This document shows, in pieces, positions 37,853-47,654 of a DNA stretch of 64,000 nucleotides. Position numbers and translations under genes: made by a program. The notes below the pieces were generated by a model that was not told where the DNA came from, did not search any database, and saw nothing but the letters and a program-made list of their open reading frames with translations. Location of the stretch: the IMG/VR virus record IMGVR_UViG_3300005941_000003, positions 181,964 to 245,963 of that record. The stretch is one strand, 5' to 3'. Each line of letters opens with the position of its first letter. Position 1 is the stretch's first letter.

Positions 37853-38846
37853 GTGGGTACGCCTTATTTAGAATAGCTGCCATTTCATCGGGTGCTTTCG
37901 CTAGGTTCTGTAAATCCCATGCACCGCACCATTTTAAGAAGTTGATACCAACGCCATTTACGCGTTTCGGTTTGCTTGCTTCTGCAATAGTTTCGATGAA
38001 TGCCACTTTGAGTTCTTCTGGTTGTACAGTTAGGTCAATGAGAGTTCGATTGCGCTCATAATCTTCCCGTACTACATGTTCTTCACCATTGTGATCAGTC
38101 CAACGTTGTAGCATAAAGTTGTTCCAGTTGAAGCCGCCTGTCTTGCGATCTTCAAATGCTTCTGTCATGCCGACTTTGTTTTTACTTCCCTTCTTACGTG
38201 CACCAGGGTACGCAGAAAAGATGTTATCAGAAGTATCACCGCGAATACATTTTTCAAATAGAAGCCACTGTGGATCGGGTGCTGCAAGTCTCTCTTTAGT
38301 TTTCTTATCTTTGATTGGAGTCATGTCTTTATCATCCTTAAAGAAACCTTCAAGTGTGATGATACGGTTCTGTACACCATCGTAGATACGAACATTCGGA
38401 GCAAGTAGCTGTTGATAGTCACTGTCACTTGACACAATAATATGTTGATCGTTTGGATGTGAAGCAATGAATAGCGCAATCATGTCGTCCGCTTCTGCAT
38501 TTTTATTCTGTAGAAGGGTGACGTTAGTTTTCTTGTCCAAGAATTGTATAAGATCATCATATGCTTCAAACATAATCTTGTCTTCTTCTTGTTCACGAAT
38601 ACTCTTGGCTTCTTGTGCGGCTTTGCGCTGTGCCTTATATGGCTTGTAATAGTCTTTGCGCCAACTACGACCTTCAAGACAAAATACCGCGTGATCGGCA
38701 TTGAACTTTTGATAACACATTTTGACGCTAGACATCATAATGTGAAATGCAAGTCCAATCTTTGTGTCGATATCAGTGCCGCGCATTGCCACGTGTTTGG
38801 CGCGATGATACATGTTGAAGCTATCAACAAGAATAAATGTAGCCAT
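37845..38846 (-). CDS. rnh: T4 RNase H-like 5'-3' exonuclease (FEN family)
   Basis: ILVD, SWRKDYY.PYK, EADD, SSDSDY.QL, GDTSDNI. Confidence 0.9.
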   Translation of the reverse strand: MATFILVDSFNMYHRAKHVAMRGTDIDTKIGLAFHIMMSSVKMCYQKFNADHAVFCLEGRSWRKDYYKPYKAQRKAAQEAKSIREQEEDKIMFEAYDDLIQFLDKKTNVTLLQNKNAEADDMIALFIASHPNDQHIIVSSDSDYQQLLAPNVRIYDGVQNRIITLEGFFKDDKDMTPIKDKKTKERLAAPDPQWLLFEKCIRGDTSDNIFSAYPGARKKGSKNKVGMTEAFEDRKTGGFNWNNFMLQRWTDHNGEEHVVREDYERNRTLIDLTVQPEELKVAFIETIAEASKPKRVNGVGINFLKWCGAWDLQNLAKAPDEMAAILNKAYPHE

Positions 38847-38873
38847 AGTTTCCTCTTTAGTTGTGTTGAAAAT

Positions 38874-38902
38874 ACTTTAACATGTATACGATACTATGTC
38901 AA
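38874..38902 (-). promoter_or_regulatory. Sigma70-type promoter TTGACA-N17-TAAAGT for rnh
   Basis: Consensus-like, with TG extension. Confidence 0.55.
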
Positions 38903-39414
38903 GAATATTCTGCACGGTCGTCGTCCATTTTTAAGCGTTGAATAATTTGACCTTCTTTGCTGTCTACCATATAACTTTTTGGTTCACCGTTTTCGTCTTG
39001 TAGATCAGCAAGAACGATGTTTCTACATAAGTCGCTGAACCAGTTGTCAACGATCTGTTCTGGTTCAGTACCTTCATACCCACTGTTTGCTAGATACTCA
39101 ACAAACTGTTCGTTGAAGTCTAGTTCAAAGTAGCCAGCACCCGGTGTTTTTGGGTCCAAGTCAATGCTCAATACTTTAACGTATGGTTCGTTATCCAATG
39201 TCGCTACTGCTTTGTCGTATGCACCTTGATTGATATAGTTATATTTTATATCAATGTTCAACATGCCAATCTTGAAGTCCCGGCTTTCGGGATCTTCAAG
39301 ACGAACTAGTGCGCGTTCAAGTTCTTCACCTGAAAGCGCGTAGTTCAATTTAGCAATTTGTTTCTCTTTATCGGACAGAAACCAATTCTTAGGATTTAGA
39401 AAATAGCCTAGCAT
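38899..39414 (-). CDS. Hypothetical phage protein
   Basis: ATG 39414 just after the metK stop; EPYVKV..GYFELDFN..WF.DLC. Confidence 0.65.
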   Translation of the reverse strand: MLGYFLNPKNWFLSDKEKQIAKLNYALSGEELERALVRLEDPESRDFKIGMLNIDIKYNYINQGAYDKAVATLDNEPYVKVLSIDLDPKTPGAGYFELDFNEQFVEYLANSGYEGTEPEQIVDNWFSDLCRNIVLADLQDENGEPKSYMVDSKEGQIIQRLKMDDDRAEYS

Positions 39415-39415
39415 G

Positions 39416-40495
39416 TTACCAACCAATGCGTTCCCATGGAACGTCCTTATCACCGAAGTGCCCGTAAACACAATTCTTACTGTATTCGTGGAAGTTATAC
39501 ATATCAAAGCGACGAATAATACCAAGTGGTGTCAAGTCGATTTCACGTTCAATGAATTCCATAATACTACGGTCGTGACCATTCGATTCAACATAGATTG
39601 ATGTTGGTTCCTTAACACCGATAGCATAACTCAATTGGATTTTGCACCAATCAGCCATGTTATCCGCTACCACATTCTTTGCAAGCCAACGTGCCATGTA
39701 CGCTGCACTGCGATCAACCTTGGTTGGGTCTTTACCAGAGAACGCACCGCCACCGTGAGGTGCCATACCACCATATGTATCAACGATGATTTTACGTCCA
39801 GTGACACCAGCGTCACCATCCGGACCACCAATGACAAAATTACCAGTTGGATTAAGATGCCATATAGTTTTATCATCAATCAAATCACCGAGTACGTTTT
39901 GCGCTGCAAGTCTTGAAAGTTCACGCGCTGCTTCTACATTACCTTCAGTGTGTTGTGTAGACACAACAATCTGGTCAATACGCTTGACACGCCCGCCTTC
40001 GTATTGTACCGACACTTGAGACTTTGCATCCGGGCCTAAAATAGCACCACGATGATTTTTTAGTTCTTTTAGAATTTCATGTGAATAATAGATAGGCGCA
40101 GGCATTAGTGTTGGCGTTTCATTGGTGGCGTAACCAAACATAATACCCTGATCCCCTGCACCGAAGTCGTCAGTTCCAAGTGCAATGTCTGCGCTTTGTG
40201 AGTGAATTTCATTGTAGATGTTTAGATTTTCCCAATGAAATCCTTCTTGTTCATAACCAATCTCACGAACTTTATTTCGGACGATTTCTTTAACTTCTTC
40301 TTTCGATACATTAAAGTTTTTTACTTCGCCCGCCAACGTTACGTGATTGGTAGTTACAAGTGTTTCGATGGCAACGCGAGTAGTCTCGTCCCCATTCTTC
40401 AACCCAGCATCAACTAGGGCATCACTGATTTGGTCTGCAACCTTATCAGGGTGTCCATCGCTAACACTTTCGCTAGTAAAAATATAGTTGTTCAT
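39416..40495 (-). CDS. metK: S-adenosylmethionine synthetase
   Basis: FTSESVSDGHPDK, GAGDQG, GGGAFSGKDPTKVDRS. Confidence 0.98.
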   Translation of the reverse strand: MNNYIFTSESVSDGHPDKVADQISDALVDAGLKNGDETTRVAIETLVTTNHVTLAGEVKNFNVSKEEVKEIVRNKVREIGYEQEGFHWENLNIYNEIHSQSADIALGTDDFGAGDQGIMFGYATNETPTLMPAPIYYSHEILKELKNHRGAILGPDAKSQVSVQYEGGRVKRIDQIVVSTQHTEGNVEAARELSRLAAQNVLGDLIDDKTIWHLNPTGNFVIGGPDGDAGVTGRKIIVDTYGGMAPHGGGAFSGKDPTKVDRSAAYMARWLAKNVVADNMADWCKIQLSYAIGVKEPTSIYVESNGHDRSIMEFIEREIDLTPLGIIRRFDMYNFHEYSKNCVYGHFGDKDVPWERIGW

Positions 40496-40565
40496 TTATA
40501 ACTGCTTCCTTATATTGTTATATTGTTCTTCTGTGTGTACACCACGGAGATATCGTTTATTCTTA

Positions 40566-41438
40566 TCAAGTCCCCCAGGCGTTCCCGAATAGAGATATGT
40601 GGAGTCTTGGTGTAAATCTGTATCCTTTTTGCATACAGATGTTTGCGACCTCTTGGACTGTGATATCATATCCTTCACTGCGCCCGCCCATTGGCATAAG
40701 ATAAACCGGACAATCGATGCCATGACTGCGATATTCTGCAACAGCGCGATCAACTTCCTCCACGTCTGTACGATCAGAGACAACAAATTTGAGATACAGA
40801 TTAGTACCCAAAGTAGTGATATAATTGTGTACGACATCAGGTCTAATAGCGTCTTCCCAACGTTCTCCAGAAACGGAGAGTTTAGGCGAGCATGAAAATG
40901 TGAATTTAATTCTCTTTTGGTTTCCAATGTAAGTTCGTAGACTTTCATGTAGAAACTGTGTGGAGTTTGTTTCGAATGTGACATTTTTCAAGTCCTTCAT
41001 TTTCGGATGTTCGAATAGTTCGATGTAAAGTTTCTGCCAAGCAAGTAGAGGTTCACCGCCAGTTAGAATTAGATGAACATCTTGTCCGTTATCTTGGATC
41101 CACTTACCTTCAGGTGTTAGACTGAGTAGTTGTTCGACAACTTCATCAATCGTCTTATCCATAACAAGGTGTCTAAATTCTGGGTAGATGCTTGCATACG
41201 TGTCACAGCCAGTATGAATGATTGGTAGTTCTTCAAACTTAGTAACACGATCCAAGATGCCAGTATTTAGTAGTTCTTCAACCTCTGGGTTGTAGTGTGT
41301 TTTTTCTCGTCCGCGTGGCAACCCAAAGTTCTGACATCGAAAGTTACATCCGAAGGTGCGAAGAAATACGCTGGGAACCCCAACGTACTGTCCTTCACCT
41401 TGCAGCGAATAGAATGCTTCTGAATATCTTAGTTTCAT
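40566..41438 (-). CDS. queE: 7-carboxy-7-deazaguanine synthase (radical SAM)
   Basis: E.FYSLQGEG..G.PSVFLR..GCNFRC...CDT, TGGEP, ETN, SPKL, PRLH. Confidence 0.9.
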   Translation of the reverse strand: MKLRYSEAFYSLQGEGQYVGVPSVFLRTFGCNFRCQNFGLPRGREKTHYNPEVEELLNTGILDRVTKFEELPIIHTGCDTYASIYPEFRHLVMDKTIDEVVEQLLSLTPEGKWIQDNGQDVHLILTGGEPLLAWQKLYIELFEHPKMKDLKNVTFETNSTQFLHESLRTYIGNQKRIKFTFSCSPKLSVSGERWEDAIRPDVVHNYITTLGTNLYLKFVVSDRTDVEEVDRAVAEYRSHGIDCPVYLMPMGGRSEGYDITVQEVANICMQKGYRFTPRLHISLFGNAWGT

Positions 41439-41605
41439 TCTAATTCAATGCCTTCCAATGTGTTTAACACTTTTTGTTTTGCTTCTTCTAGCGTAGTTGC
41501 TTCTACTGTTGCAACAATGCGTGTACCATCTGATTCTAGATCAAAGTCTACAACGCTTTTGATTTTCAATGTAAGCGGCTGTTTAAAAATGATTGTATGT
41601 TTCAT
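41435..41605 (-). CDS. 56-aa hypothetical protein MKHTIIFKQP...
   Basis: ATG 41605 to TGA overlapping the queE start (ATGA). Confidence 0.55.
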   Translation of the reverse strand: MKHTIIFKQPLTLKIKSVVDFDLESDGTRIVATVEATTLEEAKQKVLNTLEGIELE

Positions 41606-41606
41606 A

Positions 41607-41726
41607 TTAAAAATATCCCATCATTGCTGAAATAGCAACAGGTCCGCCGACCATCATTAGCATAATAATCGTTAATGCTAGAGGAAGTCCTTTGCCTGTG
41701 CAGTAGTTTTCTTTATGGTCGTTCAT
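41607..41726 (-). CDS. 39-aa small membrane protein MNDHKENYCTGKGLPLALTII...
   Basis: ATG overlaps the folE stop (ATGA); single hydrophobic helix. Confidence 0.55.
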   Translation of the reverse strand: MNDHKENYCTGKGLPLALTIIMLMMVGGPVAISAMMGYF

Positions 41727-42424
41727 CGCGGTGCAAACTCCTGCTGTAGCTTAATGTTGTCAAAGAATTCTTGTTTAACATGTGGGTTATTGAAGAATGA
41801 ACCCTTTAGCACTGTTGTCTGTGTTAGTGAACTGTGTGCCATAATGCCACGATTTTCACAACAACCATGTGTCGCTTGAATGTAAACACCTACATCATTT
41901 GATCCAGTTGCTTTCATGATTTCACGTGCAATGTCCATTGCAAGTTCTTCTTGCAGTGTACCTCGTCTTGCACACCATTGTGCGATACGTGTATACTTGC
42001 TTAGACCAATCAATTTGTCTGCTGCAATGATACCAATGTATGCAACACCTTTAACTGGTTGGTGATGGTGTGAACAAACACTTGTGAGTTCACTGCGAAC
42101 AACTAGCATGCCTTCATATTTTTCGTTTGTGATATTGTCAGGTTCATTTGGAAATGCAGTTGCATTTGGAGCAGGATTGTATCGTCCTGACATAAGTTCG
42201 TTGACATACATCTTTGCAAGTCTACGACCTGTATCCATGCTATTTGGATCGGTATGACGATCAATTACGAGAGAATCTAGAATACCTTCGAATCCCTCGG
42301 TTAGTTCATCAATTATCATGTCATATTCTTCTGGCATAATGAAGTTTGCAATATTATCGCCTGCCCAATATCGTGCGCCAGCTTCTTCGATCCGGTGTTT
42401 AATAATTTCGGAAGTCTTTCTCAT
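41723..42424 (-). CDS. folE: GTP cyclohydrolase I
   Basis: CSHHH, IGLSKY.RI, RR..LQE, HGC...RG. Confidence 0.95.
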   Translation of the reverse strand: MRKTSEIIKHRIEEAGARYWAGDNIANFIMPEEYDMIIDELTEGFEGILDSLVIDRHTDPNSMDTGRRLAKMYVNELMSGRYNPAPNATAFPNEPDNITNEKYEGMLVVRSELTSVCSHHHQPVKGVAYIGIIAADKLIGLSKYTRIAQWCARRGTLQEELAMDIAREIMKATGSNDVGVYIQATHGCCENRGIMAHSSLTQTTVLKGSFFNNPHVKQEFFDNIKLQQEFAPR

Positions 42425-42455
42425 GTACTATGTTCCTTAGTTAGATGTGGTAATC

Positions 42456-42498
42456 CCACTCATGTTTTATTATAGCATGAGTGGATGTTAGAAGTCAA
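42456..42498 (-). promoter_or_regulatory. folE promoter TTGACT-N18-TATAAT with a 9-bp inverted repeat flanking the -10
   Basis: CCACTCATG (42456-42464) and CATGAGTGG (42476-42484). Confidence 0.6.
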
Positions 42499-43559
42499 TA
42501 GTTTTTTAGAATGTCAATAAGTTTTGTTGCGTGATAGAATTTCTGCACACGTTCTACTTCCTGTTTCATCAAAAACTGCATATCAGAATTTTTGCTCATT
42601 TGCATACGAATGTACGCTTTGATGTTTGCAATGTTCTTCTTTGCTGCTTCTAGGTTTGTAGTCCATTCACTTGGATATTTGAATGTCTCATCCCACATTT
42701 CACTGTAAGATAGACGATCCGGTACCATTGGTATTGCACCCACAACAAGACCTTCGTATACTGAGATACCAAGAGTTTCCTGTAAGTTTGCACTGAATAC
42801 CAATTTTGCTTTACCAAGTAACGTATGGTATTCTGGTTTGGTTAAATTAAGTTCTTGACATTTGATGAACTTATATTCGGGCATTTGTTCAGCAATGTAG
42901 TCAAAAATCTCGGGCTGTTTCTCAGGAGCAATTCTGTGAGGGAATAGAATAATGTCCTCTTTCGCCATATTCTTATACTCACTAAGTTCAGTTTCAATAT
43001 ATTCCATAGGCCATCCTACTTGTCTAATAGAGTGAAGTAGCTGCCTGTCGATATCACGGTCATCGTTCCAGAACGTATTTGTAAACAAGTCGATATGGAA
43101 CTTTGTTGCAAAGAAGTTGTCGTCATAACAATCATACATTGACATTTCCGCGTTACGAACCCATGGCTTATCACCGATTAAGCGACCTAGAAAATCTTGG
43201 GGATCATAGCTACCAGCATGCCAGAGTCCACCAATTCGGAGTTTTATCCCAAGCAATTCTGCCATATATTTCAACTGGATAACAGTGGGATTCCACGCAT
43301 CGGTATAGAGAAAGTAGTCACCATCTTTGATCTTACCTTCACAGAACAGTTTTGCTATTTGTTCTAACTGTGCGCTCTTATAGATATTTGTACCGCCAAA
43401 GTTGAGAAACGCTCCGGGAGTAGTTGCAGCGGGAATGTCTGTGGGACCTTCGATAACTGTAACGTCAATTCCGTTCTGTTTCAACAATGCGGGGAAATGC
43501 GTCTTCCATTGTTTGGTATAGCGGGATTCAACGCTTTCCAAGTCTATAAGATATAACAT
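42495..43559 (-). CDS. Glycosyltransferase (GT-B, GT4-like)
   Basis: FPHRIAPEKQP, ETLGISVYE (Ex7E), VPDRLSY. Confidence 0.75.
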   Translation of the reverse strand: MLYLIDLESVESRYTKQWKTHFPALLKQNGIDVTVIEGPTDIPAATTPGAFLNFGGTNIYKSAQLEQIAKLFCEGKIKDGDYFLYTDAWNPTVIQLKYMAELLGIKLRIGGLWHAGSYDPQDFLGRLIGDKPWVRNAEMSMYDCYDDNFFATKFHIDLFTNTFWNDDRDIDRQLLHSIRQVGWPMEYIETELSEYKNMAKEDIILFPHRIAPEKQPEIFDYIAEQMPEYKFIKCQELNLTKPEYHTLLGKAKLVFSANLQETLGISVYEGLVVGAIPMVPDRLSYSEMWDETFKYPSEWTTNLEAAKKNIANIKAYIRMQMSKNSDMQFLMKQEVERVQKFYHATKLIDILKNY

Positions 43560-43572
43560 TCTATTAAACCTT

Positions 43573-44106
43573 TCAGAGAATGTGTAGATGTTCTAGTGCT
43601 TCGTATCCAAACCAGATACCAAACGCGAGATATGCCAAATAACCAAATTTGAAAACATATCTCTTGTATTCACTATTTCTAGCAAATACAAATACTAATG
43701 CAGCAAGAACTGCTGCTACGCCAGCCAACAACCAATTGCTTGCTGGATTAAGTAAGAGTGCCGAAAAGATTTCAAAACTCTCACGTGCATACACAAAGAA
43801 CACAGTAGCAACCGCTATAACAATGCTACTTGCACTACGAATTTCTTCTAAGTGTTCCTTGATATGTGCAGTGATGTCCTTGCTTTTTACAAACAGATAA
43901 AAGAACAATACGCTAAGAATAGCATACATTGCCCATTCATAATCTTCAAGAACATCGTGTAGGAAATATGCAGCGAGTACGCCACCGATTAATCCCACAA
44001 AACCCGATGCATAGATGTTTGCAGATTTTGTATACTGCGTTAGCATCAAAGTGATGAATGCGATTTCTAAGCATTCAATTAATGTCACCACAAAACTTGT
44101 GATCAT
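43573..44106 (-). CDS. FTR1/EfeU-like iron permease (short form)
   Basis: Multi-TM with IECLE and RESFE (RExxE-type) motifs. Confidence 0.6.
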   Translation of the reverse strand: MITSFVVTLIECLEIAFITLMLTQYTKSANIYASGFVGLIGGVLAAYFLHDVLEDYEWAMYAILSVLFFYLFVKSKDITAHIKEHLEEIRSASSIVIAVATVFFVYARESFEIFSALLLNPASNWLLAGVAAVLAALVFVFARNSEYKRYVFKFGYLAYLAFGIWFGYEALEHLHIL

Positions 44107-44661
44107 TTATTCTTCCTTCAAAATAGAATACACGTTGTATCCGCGATCCCGCAATTTCTGCGCACCACCAAGGAACTCTAGATCCATGATAGCAAGTACG
44201 CCAACTACGTTTGCATCAAATTGCATGATTAACTTAGTAACTGCTTCAAGAGTGCCACCAGTTGCAATTACATCGTCAATGACAAGTACACGATCACGTG
44301 GATTCATTGCGTCAATTTGTAGATGCAATTCATCTTTACCGTATTCTAGTTCGTATGTAGTTGATACTGTTTCACCTGGAAGTTTCCCACGTTTCCGCGC
44401 CATCGCGAAGGGCTTACCGGTGATTGCACTAAGAGCACCTGCCATGGGAAATCCACGCGCATCAAGTCCTACAATACGATCAAACTCAATACCATTTGCA
44501 TTGATATAATTTTTAAACAGTGTTACTACTTTTAGTAGTCCCTGCGGATGATTAAAGATACTTGCCATATCTTGATACATCACTCCTTGTCGAGGATGAT
44601 CTGGTACTACGCGCACCATTGCTTGAATTTCTTCTTTAGTTGGATGTTCAATTACTGGCAT
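44107..44661 (-). CDS. apt: Adenine phosphoribosyltransferase
   Basis: GLDARGF, RKRGKLP, YELEYG, VIDDVIATGGT. Confidence 0.93.
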   Translation of the reverse strand: MPVIEHPTKEEIQAMVRVVPDHPRQGVMYQDMASIFNHPQGLLKVVTLFKNYINANGIEFDRIVGLDARGFPMAGALSAITGKPFAMARKRGKLPGETVSTTYELEYGKDELHLQIDAMNPRDRVLVIDDVIATGGTLEAVTKLIMQFDANVVGVLAIMDLEFLGGAQKLRDRGYNVYSILKEE

Positions 44662-45097
44662 ATTCGATTAACGCTCCGTTTTCACCATCTTCTGAGATTT
44701 CAATCTTTACGTCACGATTTGGATATCTGTTTGCAATTTGCATGTATAGATCATCGGACATCATTTCGCAAGATTTATAATCTAGATCAAGTACGTCTTC
44801 GTTGTACAACTTTTCAAGCCAGCGTTTGAATTGAATAAACTCAATATCGCGGTCATTGTGTGTGACAGTAACAGCCACACGAAAATGAAAAATATGACGG
44901 TGAGGGACGCCAAGAAATGATACGTCATCCCAATCACCTGTCGCTAGTTTAGGATCATCTTTTGCTGCTGGATAGCAGTGAATACCTTCACGTTTGAACG
45001 TAACCCAAATCCATCGCTTTGCTTCATTCATTGATTTTTCGATTGTCATATCTTGTTTGCGTCCTTCATCGCGCATATAATCGTAGTAGTTACTCAT
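44648..45097 (-). CDS. QueD/6-pyruvoyl-tetrahydropterin synthase-like T-fold protein
   Basis: GIH.Y, HRHIFHF, SCE, ISEDGENG; context with folE/queE. Confidence 0.7.
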   Translation of the reverse strand: MSNYYDYMRDEGRKQDMTIEKSMNEAKRWIWVTFKREGIHCYPAAKDDPKLATGDWDDVSFLGVPHRHIFHFRVAVTVTHNDRDIEFIQFKRWLEKLYNEDVLDLDYKSCEMMSDDLYMQIANRYPNRDVKIEISEDGENGALIEYASN

Positions 45098-45269
45098 TCA
45101 ATCCTAGCTCTTTTTCCATTGCTAGAATCTCTTGTTTTAGTCGGAGTTTTTGAACTTTTAAATCACTTACATCTAGACGTATACTATACTCTTTTTGTAC
45201 CTGATTGTCAAGATCACGGTGTTCTTTTTTTAGTTGTTCTAGTCTTTGTAGTTTTTTGTCTTTGGTCAT
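45090..45269 (-). CDS. DUF465/YdcH-like small coiled-coil protein
   Basis: L..EHRDLD....LK..KL.LK.EI; GAGGAGG RBS. Confidence 0.7.
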   Translation of the reverse strand: MTKDKKLQRLEQLKKEHRDLDNQVQKEYSIRLDVSDLKVQKLRLKQEILAMEKELGLNE

Positions 45270-45279
45270 AGTTTCCTCC

Positions 45280-46842
45280 TCAGCCAAATAAATCTGCTAC
45301 ACCTTCTGGTTCAGCATATTCTTTCTTCTTACCCTTGATAGCTTCGATGAATTCTTCTGTACGAATAGCTGGTTCTTCGAATTCCATACCTTCTGGAACT
45401 GTACTAGTGTCTTGGACGCGTGAACCTTCGCACTTGCGCAAAAAAGCGCGATAATCCGTCAATAGCTGCATAGGGTCTTTAGTTTTAGGATCAAATAGAA
45501 CCTCAACAAATTTAGCAAAGTAAAGAACTGTATCTGGTACAGATTCACTTAGAATAGAAGGTTTCTTTGGATCCAAGTTCATATTGGTAATGTCAATTTT
45601 ATCTCTTACCATTTCATATTCGTGATCGAACCTGCGTATTGCATCTTGCATTCCACGGATATGATATTCAGTGTTGTGTGCTTGAACAAGGATATAAGAT
45701 AGACTATCCCAACTTGATTTTGCTGGTTTACCGTTTCGATTTAGCATCCCCGGTTGCATGTAATTAATATCTCGCATGTTTAGGCGATCACCAATTTCAC
45801 CAGAATACATCCACGGCTGTTGGTCCCGGCTCAGGTCCTGACGCCATTTCAGTTGCTTGGTTTTATAACTCCAAGCATTGCCGTTCAAGTCGGGATAGTC
45901 ATACGCCAATCCTTTCGATGCTGTAATATAAGGAGATGCTGCATCAAAAGAGATTGTTATATTTGGATTTACATGCTCTCTTAGTTGTCGCTGGACCGCT
46001 GTTAACATAGCACCCCATGGGAGAACGCTAATACCAAGAGTGTGAATCCAAACATCATCTTGGTCAGCTTGGCCAAGAAGTCCATCATCACGCAAACGAA
46101 TTAGTCTGCGTAAAAGTAGTTCTGCATCACCAGCGTGGTCACCTGCCATAGCATAGCCTTCGAAGGCACGATCACCATACACTGATTTATCATTGAAATG
46201 TTTTACACCCTCATACCACATTTCACTTGTTTGCCAATTAGAGCCGTGAAGTGTGTTCAAGAACTTAGTCTTGCCGGGTGTGCGATTGTTAATGAAATAT
46301 TCATGATTGAAGATAGTTTTTTTCAAACAATCTTCTGGATCTTTAAGACCTGTGCGACCACGATACTGTGGTAGCCATGCCCAAAGAGGAATATCAAGTG
46401 TCATTGAATAGTCACAATATTCTTCAAGCCACTTTAGAATGTCATGTCTTACTTTCTTCCAGTCTGCACCGTCTTCAAAGTTTGTCCAATCAAGTTTCCA
46501 AGCGCCTGAACCGATTTGATACCCGCCACTATCGCCAACAAGAATAGTATGTTCACGATTACGATTAACAACCATGCCATCATCAATTTTTGATCCTTCT
46601 AGGTCTAGGTTCGCATGTCCCGCAGAGTATAGGCCATGTGAATAATACACATAGCCTTTCTCTTTGTCAAAGATGTTAAGACCATCTAGACCGTGTTCAA
46701 ATCCTTGTGGGATTCGCTCTGGCGGGAACATGTCAGTTGTGCCCGCATAATGCTGTGAGATTTTGCGAACATAAAAGTTTGAGATTGCGGGAAGAAAGAT
46801 TGCATACCCGCTATCTTTATTGTTCTTGCCAAAGTCTTTCAT
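45280..46842 (-). CDS. DpdA/TGT-like guanine transglycosylase
   Basis: GDSGGYQ, MTLDIP, HTLG, SFDAASP, C-terminal AHN; no TGT CxCxxC zinc motif; adjacent to QueD-like gene and clamp. Confidence 0.75.
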   Translation of the reverse strand: MKDFGKNNKDSGYAIFLPAISNFYVRKISQHYAGTTDMFPPERIPQGFEHGLDGLNIFDKEKGYVYYSHGLYSAGHANLDLEGSKIDDGMVVNRNREHTILVGDSGGYQIGSGAWKLDWTNFEDGADWKKVRHDILKWLEEYCDYSMTLDIPLWAWLPQYRGRTGLKDPEDCLKKTIFNHEYFINNRTPGKTKFLNTLHGSNWQTSEMWYEGVKHFNDKSVYGDRAFEGYAMAGDHAGDAELLLRRLIRLRDDGLLGQADQDDVWIHTLGISVLPWGAMLTAVQRQLREHVNPNITISFDAASPYITASKGLAYDYPDLNGNAWSYKTKQLKWRQDLSRDQQPWMYSGEIGDRLNMRDINYMQPGMLNRNGKPAKSSWDSLSYILVQAHNTEYHIRGMQDAIRRFDHEYEMVRDKIDITNMNLDPKKPSILSESVPDTVLYFAKFVEVLFDPKTKDPMQLLTDYRAFLRKCEGSRVQDTSTVPEGMEFEEPAIRTEEFIEAIKGKKKEYAEPEGVADLFG

Positions 46843-47598
46843 TTAGTTTCCTGATTTTGCTGGTAGAATGTATTCGTATAGACCAAGACCACTATCGACT
46901 TGGATCATCATCGCACCTTGATCTGAAATCTTAATGCTCATTGATGAAGTATCACCCAGCTTTAGAATTGTAAGAACTGTTGAAAGTGGAAAACTCCAAC
47001 CAGTCTTTAGTTCACCGTTTACATTACGTGCGAAAGTCAAGTCTGCTTTATCAGTTGACGCGTCACCGATTGTGAACTGTAGATCACCATCTACTGTTTT
47101 CACAGTGAACAGTGGATCATATGAACTTAGAATTGCTGCTGTTTGCTGCAAGTCTTTAACTGCTTGCTGTGATGGCATGATTTCAACATCCCATTTTGCG
47201 CCTTTGAAGTTTGCGGTCTTGATCTGTGCATCAACTAGTTCACTTACGATAACACGATAAGTTGAACTTAGAATGCCAGGAATAGTAAAGTTAAATTCGC
47301 TAGGAACTTCTTCGCCATTGCGTTCTTGGCGACCGATTTCTACTTGTGTAGTTACAACTTCGCCTTCATTGTTGCGGCTTTCATAACCTAGATAACCGCT
47401 TAGAACACCAAGACGACCTAGACCGAATTTACCTTCAAACGCTGCTACGCGTTCATGTAGTTTTGCACGAAGAACAACAGTACGATCATCGTCCATCGCG
47501 TCTAGAGTTGTGCTTTCTGCATCTGTAGTTACTTTTACTGCTTGGATGATACCAAGCGAGTGAGTGTGTTTTACAATATCTTTCAAAATGTCACGCAT
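46843..47598 (-). CDS. DNA polymerase sliding clamp (gp45/PCNA-like)
   Basis: 251 aa, beta/alpha pattern ending YEYILPA, near the DNA polymerase. Confidence 0.7.
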   Translation of the reverse strand: MRDILKDIVKHTHSLGIIQAVKVTTDAESTTLDAMDDDRTVVLRAKLHERVAAFEGKFGLGRLGVLSGYLGYESRNNEGEVVTTQVEIGRQERNGEEVPSEFNFTIPGILSSTYRVIVSELVDAQIKTANFKGAKWDVEIMPSQQAVKDLQQTAAILSSYDPLFTVKTVDGDLQFTIGDASTDKADLTFARNVNGELKTGWSFPLSTVLTILKLGDTSSMSIKISDQGAMMIQVDSGLGLYEYILPAKSGN

Positions 47599-47625
47599 TG
47601 CGTTCTCCTATATATTATTAGTATT

Positions 47626-47654
47626 ACTATATCACAAGTCGAAAAAGTTGTCAA
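47626..47654 (-). promoter_or_regulatory. Sigma70 promoter TTGACA-N17-TATAGT for the clamp gene
   Basis: Embedded in the 3' end of the methyltransferase gene. Confidence 0.6.

Noticed and set aside
40496-40984. 162-aa ORF or +1 frameshift extension of queE
   Set aside because: It overlaps queE out of frame, and queE ends normally; no evidence for frameshifting
42425-42460. preQ1-I riboswitch before folE
   Set aside because: The 3' AACTAAGG is suggestive, but the loop is too short and lacks the conserved loop nucleotides and A-tract
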